From: an uncultured Oscillospiraceae bacterium
GTDB lineage: Bacteria > Bacillota > Clostridia > Oscillospirales > Butyricicoccaceae
Direction of reading: 5' to 3'
DNA length: 64,000 bases
Assembly: GCA_964541085.1 (NCBI GenBank)
Contig: CAZIPA010000006.1
Coordinates: forward strand, 4,528 to 68,527
Shown: positions 1 to 7,243 of the stretch, piece by piece
Layout of the letters: each line of letters opens with the position of its first letter
How positions within the stretch are numbered: the stretch's first letter is position 1
Notes under the pieces: generated by a model
Database searches by the model: none
The model's input: the letters and a program-made list of their open reading frames with translations, nothing else
What the model was told of the DNA's origin: nothing
Position numbers and translations under genes: made by a program

Positions 1-114
1 ATTGGTCTTGCCATTTCCGTTGTCGCCGCAGAGGATATTCACCCCCGGCTGAAAGGAAAAGGCCGCTTGCTCATAGCTGCGAAAATTCTGAAGCTGAATG
101 GAATGCAGGATCAT
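1..114 (-). CDS. recF: RecF N-terminal fragment (gene runs off the left edge)
   Basis: Reverse translation of 114..1 gives [38 protein letters not shown], a RecF-type N-terminus with Walker A GxxGxGKT. The ATG overlaps the yaaA stop (ATGA). The in-window part is too short for the ORF track. Confidence 0.8.
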   Translation of the reverse strand, partial: MILHSIQLQNFRSYEQAAFSFQPGVNILCGDNGNGKTN

Positions 115-329
115 TTCTGCTTGACAATGCGCAGGGTTGCATCGTTTAATGTCACGCTGTCACCCGGACGAATCTTTTTTCCCCGCATGGGGCAGGATTC
201 GCCGTTGACAAACACATAGCCCTCTTCAATAAGGCTCTTGGCCTCGCCGCCGGTGATGCAGAGCCCGGCATATTTCAAAAGGCTGTCCAGCTTGATATGT
301 TCGGATTTGATGGCAATTTCCCGTTCCAT
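111..329 (-). CDS. yaaA: S4-domain RNA-binding protein (YaaA-like)
   Basis: 72-aa ORF with an S4-like pattern ([37 protein letters not shown]). Canonical position between dnaN and recF. G-rich RBS upstream. Confidence 0.8.
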   Translation of the reverse strand: MEREIAIKSEHIKLDSLLKYAGLCITGGEAKSLIEEGYVFVNGESCPMRGKKIRPGDSVTLNDATLRIVKQK

Positions 330-330
330 C

Positions 331-1446
331 TTATTCCCCCGCTTTCAGCCGCACCGGCAGCACAAGATAGGTATAGCGGTCGCCCTCCGCCGGGGTCATG
401 GTGGCGGGAGAAAGGGCGCTCTTCAGGCCGAGAACAAACTCCTCATCCTGACAGGCCCGCAGGGCGTCCAGCAGATATTTGTTGTTGAAGCCGATCTCCA
501 GCGTGGTGCCGCAGTCGGGAATGTCGATCTCGTCATAGCTGCGGCCCAGAGCGGTGACACAGCACAGCTTGAGCTTGCTGCCTTCAAAGGTGCAGCGCAC
601 GGGATTTTTCAGCCGCTCGGAAATAATCAGACTGACCCGCTCCACGGCAGAGATCAGCTGGCTGCGGTTGAGCTTCAGCTGAATGGGCTGCTCTGCGGGC
701 ACCGCTGCCCGCCAGTTGAGAAACTCACCCTCCAGCAGACGGGTGGTGATCCGGGTGCGGTCAAAGGCAAACAGAGCGTGCTTACGCTGGGGATAAATGG
801 TGCATACGGAGTCATCGGAATCGGGCAGGATCCGGGCGATCTCCTTCAGCGCCTCGCCGGGCACCACAAAGCGGAAGCTCTCCTCCTGAGCGCATTCGAT
901 CTCCTCCTGCCGCACGGCCAGACGGTAGCCGTCCACGCCCACCATGCGGAAAACACGGTCGGTGACCTCCATCAGCGAGCCTGTGATAATGGGCTTGTTT
1001 TCGTTGTCGCCCACGGCAAACAGCACGCCGGAAATCATTTCCCGCAGCAGTCCGGAGGACAGGCGGAAGCATTCGGAAGAGTTCACCTCCGGCATTTCCG
1101 GAAATTCCTCCGGGTCAGAGGCAATCAGCTGAAACTCCGATGCGCCGCCGCGAATGGTGGCCATCAGCCGGTCATCCACATCAATTTCCACGGTTTCCGC
1201 AGGAAGACGGCGTACAATGTCAAACAGGATCCGGGCATTCAGCACTACCCGTCCGTGACGGCGAATATCCGCGTCAATTTCCCGTTGAATGGAGGTTTTG
1301 TAGTTGAAGCCGCTGATGAGCACATTGCCCGCGCCGCTTTCCAGCAGCAGGCCCTCCATCACGGCAGAGGCACTTTTGACACCCACCGCATGACTGCAAA
1401 TGGAGACCGCTTCTGCAAGGGCGGATTTTTCACAGGTGAAACGCAT
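331..1446 (-). CDS. dnaN: DNA polymerase III beta sliding clamp
   Basis: 371 aa, the typical clamp length, with full-length resemblance ([15 protein letters not shown]...). AAAGGAG RBS. Directly downstream of dnaA. Confidence 0.93.
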   Translation of the reverse strand: MRFTCEKSALAEAVSICSHAVGVKSASAVMEGLLLESGAGNVLISGFNYKTSIQREIDADIRRHGRVVLNARILFDIVRRLPAETVEIDVDDRLMATIRGGASEFQLIASDPEEFPEMPEVNSSECFRLSSGLLREMISGVLFAVGDNENKPIITGSLMEVTDRVFRMVGVDGYRLAVRQEEIECAQEESFRFVVPGEALKEIARILPDSDDSVCTIYPQRKHALFAFDRTRITTRLLEGEFLNWRAAVPAEQPIQLKLNRSQLISAVERVSLIISERLKNPVRCTFEGSKLKLCCVTALGRSYDEIDIPDCGTTLEIGFNNKYLLDALRACQDEEFVLGLKSALSPATMTPAEGDRYTYLVLPVRLKAGE

Positions 1447-1744
1447 ATGCAGCGCTCCTTTCTATCAAATTTGAAGAAATTCTTTTCGTAGTAGTCGTAG
1501 GGGCTGTGGTAAATTCGGAAAACGCCGGAAACGCCTGAAATGACGGTGCTTTTCCCGTCCACAGCCGCCTGTTGAAAAGGAAATGTTTTTTTCGACGGTT
1601 TTCACAGGCAAATGTTTTTAACAGTTTTAACAGAGTTTTCCACAGAAAACTGTGAAGTGAAGGATGTCATCCCTGTTTTTACAGGGGTTTTCTCCGGCTG
1701 GAGCCCTGTGAAAAGGGGCGATTTTGGCCGAAGTTTTGAACAGG
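1447..1744. promoter_or_regulatory. dnaA-dnaN intergenic region, putative oriC component (DnaA-box cluster)
   Basis: 298-bp non-coding gap with AT-richer tracts. One 8/9 DnaA box TTTTCCACA at 1636-1644 and weaker boxes (TGTGGTAAA at 1505-1513). Gene-strand polarity flips around dnaA. Confidence 0.4.
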
Positions 1745-3037
1745 TTACTGCTCCGTGATGTTTTTTTGCAGATCGGCCACTTTATTTTTCAAAAGCTCAT
1801 CCTCCTGCATGGCCGCCGTGAGCTTTTCCACGCCGTAAATCACAGAGGTGTGATGCTGGTTGAAGACCTTGCCGATCTCCGGATAGCTCATGCCGCCGAT
1901 CTCCCGCATGAGATAGCAGGCCACCTGCCGGGGAACCACGATCTCCTTGCTCCGGGCTTTGGAGGTGAGCCGGGACTGTTCAATGACAAAATAGTCCGCC
2001 ACTTCCTGCAGAATCATCTCCGGCGTGGGATGCAGACCGGGCTTTTCCTTGAAAATGTCCCGAATGGCCGTCTGGGCCAGCTCCATGTCAATGGGTTTGT
2101 TCATCAGCGTGTGAATGGCGGCGATTTTTTTCACCGCGCCCTCCAGCTCACGCACATTGTTGGTGATGTTCTCGGCAATGTAGGTGACCACCCGGGTGGG
2201 AATGGTGATGCCCATACCGGCGGCCTTGGCCTGAATCATGGCCATGCGGGTCTCCAGATCGGGACTCTGAATGTCCGCCATCAGACCGCTTTCAAACCGG
2301 GTGCGCAGACGGTCGTTCAGCGTGGCGATTTCCTTGGGCGGCCGGTCGGAGGTGAGCACGATCTGCTTGCCTGCCTGATACAGCGCCTCAAAGGTGTGGA
2401 AAAATTCCTCCTGCATCCGCACCTTGTTGGCGAGAAACTGTACATCGTCCATGAGCAGCAGGTCTACCTGCCGGTATTTCTGATAAAAATCCGCAAAGCC
2501 GGAGTTCAGCGCGGTCAGCAGATCGTTCATGAAATCCTCACTCTTGATGTAGAGAATGCGGAAGGTGGGATGGGTCTTGCGGATGTAGCCCGCAATGGCG
2601 AACAGCAGATGGGTCTTGCCCAGTCCGGAGCCGCCGTAAAGAAACAGCGGGTTGTACAGGGTGGCCGGCTGCTTTGCCACCGCCAGTGCCGCCGCGTGGG
2701 CAAACTGGTTGCTGCTGCCCACAATAAAGCGCTCAAAGGTGTAACCGGCGTAAACGCTGGTGTCGCTTTGCAGCCGCCAGCTGTCTGCCTCCGGGCCGAA
2801 GACATACAGAGGCCTGGTGGGTGCTTTCAAAAGATGAGAAATAATTTCCGAAACATTGTCGGTAAACTGGGCTGTCAGCGTCTCCTGAAACAGCTCGCTG
2901 GCCGCCTCGATGACAAAGCAGCCGTTTTGAATGGCGATGGGCCGGGCATCCTTGAACCAGGGATCCACGGTGATGGCTCCCAGCTCGTCCCGCAGCTGCC
3001 GCAGGGTTGCGTCCAGCAGGGCTTCGGGCGTATACAT
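1745..3037 (-). CDS. dnaA: Chromosomal replication initiator DnaA
   Basis: 430 aa. AAA+ Walker A GGSGLGKTHLL, Walker B LLLMDDVQF, C-terminal DNA-binding signature HTSVIYGVEK. GGAGG RBS. Confidence 0.95.
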   Translation of the reverse strand: MYTPEALLDATLRQLRDELGAITVDPWFKDARPIAIQNGCFVIEAASELFQETLTAQFTDNVSEIISHLLKAPTRPLYVFGPEADSWRLQSDTSVYAGYTFERFIVGSSNQFAHAAALAVAKQPATLYNPLFLYGGSGLGKTHLLFAIAGYIRKTHPTFRILYIKSEDFMNDLLTALNSGFADFYQKYRQVDLLLMDDVQFLANKVRMQEEFFHTFEALYQAGKQIVLTSDRPPKEIATLNDRLRTRFESGLMADIQSPDLETRMAMIQAKAAGMGITIPTRVVTYIAENITNNVRELEGAVKKIAAIHTLMNKPIDMELAQTAIRDIFKEKPGLHPTPEMILQEVADYFVIEQSRLTSKARSKEIVVPRQVACYLMREIGGMSYPEIGKVFNQHHTSVIYGVEKLTAAMQEDELLKNKVADLQKNITEQ

Positions 3038-3335
3038 GGCTGTGATTTCCTCCTTTTTTCTGTCTCTTTCCTTCTGGCTTTTTCCTCCGAAAATGAAAAA
3101 GCACGGCTGTCCGCGTCAGAAAAAAGCGCCCCCGCCCTCCGGTGCGTACATACCCTTCTCAGTATACCACACATATGATAAAAAGGAAAGTAAAAATTGC
3201 TGTGTTTTGCCCACGGATTTTCGCTCTGCGGGCCAAACAAAGACAGGGGAAGCTTTTCGCCGCCGGAACACTCTGTTGTTCCATTATAGCGCGTTTCCGT
3301 GCACAGAAAAAATGAAGCAGTTCACTTGACAGGTT

Positions 3336-3476
3336 CCCCGCAAAATCGAAGATTTTGCGGGGGCCACTTCAGATTTGACCGCCTCGGTCGCCCCGCTTCC
3401 GGGGCTTCCTGCGGCATGACGCCGCCACTCGGCGGCGGGGGCTTGCGCCTTTTTGCAAAATCGAAGATTTTGCGGG
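3336..3476 (+). repeat. Intergenic hairpin-cassette repeat, 'module B' copy 1
   Basis: Hairpins GCAAAATC-GAA-GATTTTGC (3340-3358, repeated at 3454-3472), GCCCCG-CTTC-CGGGGC (3390-3405) and CGCCGCC-ACTC-GGCGGCG (3420-3437). Homologous copies at 26636-26750 (inverted) and 34839-34958. Confidence 0.8.
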
Positions 3477-3543
3477 AAAGCAGAGCCGATATCATTGCGC
3501 AGCCTCTCTGCCGCCTCTCTTAAAAAATCCGCTAAAACCGCTG

Positions 3544-3552
3544 TGGTATCAT
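3544..3552 (+). promoter_or_regulatory. Candidate extended -10 promoter for the Ubl operon
   Basis: TGgTATCAT (TG-n-TATAAT-like) about 60 nt upstream of the Ubl start. No good -35. Weak call. Confidence 0.25.
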
Positions 3553-3614
3553 TATTTCACAAGCTCCCGCCGGGCACAGCCAGACGGAGAAAAAAAGAAA
3601 AGGAGATCATAAAA

Positions 3615-3932
3615 ATGACGAACCATCCTATCGACGGAGCCCTTGCCGCCAACGAAAAATCCTTTGAGATCGACCTCGTGAACAAGCAGACCGGCGCGAC
3701 CTATGCCCGGGCGAATGTCCTCGAAGACAACACCATGACGCAGATCCTTGGTGAGTATGCCGACGATATCGGCGTGAATCCCAAGAGCAGCAAACTCATT
3801 TTCGAAAACAAGCGCACCGGCGTGTCCACTTCCAATGCTGCCGAAACGGTTCAGGCCATGGGTCTGAAGCAGGGGGATGTGCTGGCAATTACGGATGACG
3901 GCGGTGTTGCGGCGGATGCTGCCGTAGTGTAA
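3615..3932 (+). CDS. Ubiquitin-like (beta-grasp) protein precursor with internal Gly-Gly
   Basis: 105 aa from ATG 3615 (AAAAGGAG RBS); the longer TTG ORF from 3453 runs through a repeat. Size and pattern fit one beta-grasp domain (KLIFENKRTG..QAMGLKQGDVLAITDDGG). G96-G97 (nt 3900-3905) is followed by the tail VAADAAVV. First gene of an E1/E2/JAB operon. Confidence 0.75.
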   Translation: MTNHPIDGALAANEKSFEIDLVNKQTGATYARANVLEDNTMTQILGEYADDIGVNPKSSKLIFENKRTGVSTSNAAETVQAMGLKQGDVLAITDDGGVAADAAVV

Positions 3933-3951
3933 GCGAAGGGGGTATGACCGG

Positions 3952-4377
3952 ATGGTGACGATCTGGATTCTGGTAGCCCTGTGTCTGGCCGCCTGCGGCG
4001 TCATCCTGATCTGTGCAACGGAAAAAGCGCCCCGGCGCCGCACTGTCAGACGGCCGCCTCCGCTCCCTCCCCGGGATCATCGGAACACAGCGCCGCCTCC
4101 GGTCGCTCGCCCCCAGACAGGCACATGCGGTGCCGCCCCCACAAGACCCCTGCCGCCCCGGCGTGTTTCAGCATCGGCAACCGTCAATGCAGCAGCAGGC
4201 ACCGTCCGGGCCGGCAGCGGCCCCCGTGGACTTCAGCCCCATCAGTTTCCCTGCTGTCCCATGGATAAATCGCGGAATGTTCCGGGAATGCAGCAGCTGA
4301 TCTTCTGGGACAGTGGGAAAAACTGCTATCGCTGTTCCCGTGGCCACCGGTTCCGGAGCAACGGAAGGCCGCTCTGA
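3952..4377 (+). CDS. Membrane-anchored Pro/Arg-rich protein with C-terminal Cys cluster
   Basis: 141 aa with a GAAGGGGG RBS. N-terminal TM helix (VTIWILVALCLAACGVILICA), a Pro/Arg-rich linker, and a C-terminal CC..CxxC..H cluster. Two other frames are also open here in this high-GC stretch, so the frame is uncertain. Confidence 0.5.
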   Translation: MVTIWILVALCLAACGVILICATEKAPRRRTVRRPPPLPPRDHRNTAPPPVARPQTGTCGAAPTRPLPPRRVSASATVNAAAGTVRAGSGPRGLQPHQFPCCPMDKSRNVPGMQQLIFWDSGKNCYRCSRGHRFRSNGRPL

Positions 4378-4403
4378 CAACACAAACGAAAGGATCGTGT
4401 CCT

Positions 4404-5675
4404 ATGTCCAAGGTTATTTACAACACATTAAAGCTGTCTGAATACCGGTCGCTGTTTCATGGAATGCGGGTGCTGGTAATCGGCGCAGGTGCGGTGGGCA
4501 CCCATCTTATGGAAAAGTTTGCGAAAATGGGTCTTTCCCCGGATGCGCTGGACTTTGACTTTTTCACGCTGGAAAACGCAGCAAAGCACAGCTGTCTGAT
4601 CCGCACGCCGGAGGATGCCAACCGGAACAAGGCGGAATGCGCCGCCGCCCGGGTACAGCCTCTTCTGGATGACGGCTGCTCCTCCAACGGGATCGACGGT
4701 GATCTTTGCAAAATCGGCCCCGAGGCGCTGGCAGATTATCGCTTTGTGGTGGTGGCTGTGGATAATTTCGATGCCAAGGTGCTGCTGGGCGAGCTGGTCC
4801 GGCAGCTTCCGGAGGAACGGCGGCCCATCGTCATCATGGACGGAACCTATGATGAGCTTGCCCAGAGCGTGATTCTCGATAACAACGACTTCTGTCTGCG
4901 CTGTCTGATCAGCGAAGACTGGATGCCCGACAGCAGCATCCGTACCTCCTGCTCCGGGCCGCAGGTGCGGCAGCGGAACGGTGCGGAGGAGATCGTCCGC
5001 ACCTCCAACCTTGCCAGCTCCATGGCCGCACAGCTCAGCGCAGAACAGCTCCGGGCCTGTGTGATCGGAAACGGCGATGTCATGAACCGCCGGCTGATCT
5101 ATACGGCCTATCCCCATCTGGAGCTGAGCTCCTCCCGGCCCCTGCGGAAGCGTGACTGCTCCGGCTGCGCGATCCATCCGCCCGCAGAGATCCAGTGGCT
5201 CCACGGCAGCGTTCTGGATATCACCCTGAAGGATGCCATGCAGCAGATTTCCGCCATTCTGGGCACGGAGGATTTCGAGCTCTCCGTCCATCAGCTGAAC
5301 TACCGGCGGGTATCCCACGCCCGCTTTATTGTGGATGATGTCTGTCATTCCTGCGGGAAACCCATCCCGGTGATGCGCCATGAGGGCCGCCTGTTTCTGA
5401 ACGATCTGCTGTGTACGGCCTGTGCCGCACAGGGAAAGCAGGCCCGTCAGGATGCCTCCTTTTCCCACGGAGAGGCGCTGGACGCCTTTGTGCCCGGCAG
5501 CCCGGAGGCGCTTCAGGAAATGACGCTCTACGATCTGGGCTATCCTCTCGGCGCACACCTTGCGGTGCTCCAGCGCAATCAGGCCCTGGACCTGCTGGAG
5601 CTGGGAAAAATCACGAAAACCGTGTTTGCATTGGACGGGGATGCCCGGAAGATGCATGAAATCCATAAGCTTTGA
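4404..5675 (+). CDS. E1-like Ubl-activating enzyme (ThiF/MoeB family)
   Basis: 423 aa. Rossmann VLVIGAGAVG (nt 4482-4499), DFDFFTLENAAKH, NKAECAA and VVAVDNFDAK match the E1 adenylation fold. Paired CxxC (CLRC, CSGC). Extra C-terminal CHSC...CTAC domain. Confidence 0.88.
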   Translation: MSKVIYNTLKLSEYRSLFHGMRVLVIGAGAVGTHLMEKFAKMGLSPDALDFDFFTLENAAKHSCLIRTPEDANRNKAECAAARVQPLLDDGCSSNGIDGDLCKIGPEALADYRFVVVAVDNFDAKVLLGELVRQLPEERRPIVIMDGTYDELAQSVILDNNDFCLRCLISEDWMPDSSIRTSCSGPQVRQRNGAEEIVRTSNLASSMAAQLSAEQLRACVIGNGDVMNRRLIYTAYPHLELSSSRPLRKRDCSGCAIHPPAEIQWLHGSVLDITLKDAMQQISAILGTEDFELSVHQLNYRRVSHARFIVDDVCHSCGKPIPVMRHEGRLFLNDLLCTACAAQGKQARQDASFSHGEALDAFVPGSPEALQEMTLYDLGYPLGAHLAVLQRNQALDLLELGKITKTVFALDGDARKMHEIHKL

Positions 5676-5690
5676 TAAGGAGGCTTTTCC

Positions 5691-6326
5691 ATGAGCGATT
5701 ATACTGCCAGCTATACCGATGAAAAGGGCCGTACCAAACAGGCCTCCCTGACCCCGGAGGACTCCATGCTGGCGCTGAAAAACGACTATGAAGAGGTTCT
5801 TCGGCGCTACAATCCCAAATATGTGACCATCCGCCGGATGCAGGCAAAGGCCGGTGAGGCGGCACACCTGCGGGTGACGGTCAACGCCCCTTCCCACTAT
5901 CTCACCGCCATCTCCGACACCGAGCCCAAGGCCTGTGACTCCATGGATGTGGATATCATCTGTTACATGGGCTATCCCCTCAAGCCGGTAAAAGCCTTCT
6001 ATGCCCCGGAGCATTATCTCGCATCCCCCAATGTGTTCCGCTCCGGGCTGGCCTGCATTGATACCTGGGTGCCCTTTACCAGCTCTCTGGTCTCGGTGGT
6101 GGACAAGCTGGTTCACGATATCATCCACGATCCCTGTGTCAGCCGGTATGACAGCGTGGCAAATCACGAAATGGTCCGGTGGCATAAGGACGGCGTTGCC
6201 GCGGGACGCTTTCCCACGCTTGCCCCCAGGCTGCTCAATGTCCCCCAGCAGACGGCGCTCCCGCCCCGCAGAGCACCCGGCAAGCCCGCTGCCGCACCTC
6301 CGTCCCTGCCCGCAAGACGCCGCTGA
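5691..6326 (+). CDS. E2-like Ubl-conjugating enzyme (UBC fold)
   Basis: 211 aa. UBC signature YMGYPLKPVKAFY..LASPNVFRSGLACIDTWVP: an HPN-like SPN motif with catalytic Cys122 at nt 6054-6056. AAGGAGG RBS. Pro/Ala-rich C-terminal tail. Confidence 0.85.
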   Translation: MSDYTASYTDEKGRTKQASLTPEDSMLALKNDYEEVLRRYNPKYVTIRRMQAKAGEAAHLRVTVNAPSHYLTAISDTEPKACDSMDVDIICYMGYPLKPVKAFYAPEHYLASPNVFRSGLACIDTWVPFTSSLVSVVDKLVHDIIHDPCVSRYDSVANHEMVRWHKDGVAAGRFPTLAPRLLNVPQQTALPPRRAPGKPAAAPPSLPARRR

Positions 6327-6347
6327 ACCGAAAGGAGCTGATCTTTT

Positions 6348-7238
6348 ATGACCAATCATGCGGTTCCCCTGCCCACCAGACGCCCGCCCCAGCCGAAAAC
6401 CTATCCCGTTTGCAGCCTGAAGAAGGTGATGGACATGATCCAGACCTCCTGCGGCAATGTTTCCATCAAAGAACGGCATGGCAGCGGCCGGGACAAGGTG
6501 ATCCTGCTTCCCGAGGCGGAGCAGGAGCTGACCACCATCGTCTCCTATGGCCGCCGCTCTCCCATGAATCGCTGCGAACAGAAGCTTGTTGGCATGGGAC
6601 ATTTCCTGCTGAACGACGACGGCGCCGTGATCGTCATCGTCAGCCATTTCATGGAGCTTCAGACCATGAACCGCAGCCCGGTCAGCGCCTCCGGTCTGGG
6701 CCCCAACGGCGAAAACAATCCCGGGCTGGATTTTCTGGAATATCATCGCACGGAGTTTCTCCGGGATGAGGCCAGATTCAACACCGATGCCTATGGCTGT
6801 CTGGTAGACCCATTTCTCAAGCTCTGCGGCCCCAGTGAGTTTGTGATGGATGCCCATACCCATCCGGATCTGGGGGTCTTTTACAGCCATGCTGACCGGG
6901 TGAACGGCGCGGCCCGTGCCGGTTCGTCTCCGGTGTGCATCCTTGTGTGCGATCCCATCCGGAAAAAGCTGCTGGGCAGCATCGGACGGGAGCTGGTGGA
7001 GGCAGAAATTCTGGTGTATTCCCGCAGTGCAGCTCCCCGGAAGGAGCGCAGCGGGGAGCCCTGCGAAGTGCCCTGCGGGGACAGCCGCCTGCTGCCGCCC
7101 ACGGACGAGCTTGTACAGCTGGCCGGTCAGTGTCTCCGCACCCGTGGCTTTTCCGGCAATGTCCGGCTCCGTTCCCGTCTGGACGGCAAATGCTGCCTGA
7201 ACATCCAGATGGTGATCCCCAAAAACAGAAAGGAGTAA
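6348..7238 (+). CDS. JAB/JAMM (MPN+) metallopeptidase, predicted Ubl-processing/deconjugating enzyme
   Basis: 296 aa. Complete JAMM motif: E77 (CEQKLVGMG) ... H170-T-H172-x7-S180-x2-D183 (HTHPDLGVFYSHAD, nt 6855-6896). AAAGGAG RBS. Confidence 0.88.
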   Translation: MTNHAVPLPTRRPPQPKTYPVCSLKKVMDMIQTSCGNVSIKERHGSGRDKVILLPEAEQELTTIVSYGRRSPMNRCEQKLVGMGHFLLNDDGAVIVIVSHFMELQTMNRSPVSASGLGPNGENNPGLDFLEYHRTEFLRDEARFNTDAYGCLVDPFLKLCGPSEFVMDAHTHPDLGVFYSHADRVNGAARAGSSPVCILVCDPIRKKLLGSIGRELVEAEILVYSRSAAPRKERSGEPCEVPCGDSRLLPPTDELVQLAGQCLRTRGFSGNVRLRSRLDGKCCLNIQMVIPKNRKE

Positions 7239-7243
7239 CGCGC

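Noticed and set aside
3038-3335. DnaA-box cluster upstream of dnaA
   Set aside because: The best candidates (e.g. TATACCACA near 3165) have 3 or more mismatches to TTATCCACA. I could not support an oriC call here beyond its position, so only the dnaA-dnaN gap is annotated, at low confidence.
3453-3614. Longer 159-aa version of the Ubl ORF starting at TTG 3453
   Set aside because: The extension runs through the module B repeat and the putative promoter, has no RBS and is Arg/Lys/Ser low complexity. ATG 3615 has a strong AAAAGGAG RBS and yields a domain-sized protein.
4404-7238. Type II CBASS (Cap2/Cap3) interpretation of the E1/E2/JAB genes
   Set aside because: There is no CD-NTase/cyclase gene and no CBASS effector in the operon. 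E1 and E2 are separate polypeptides, and a dedicated Ubl gene with GG is present. The locus therefore fits a Ubl-conjugation system rather than CBASS regulation.
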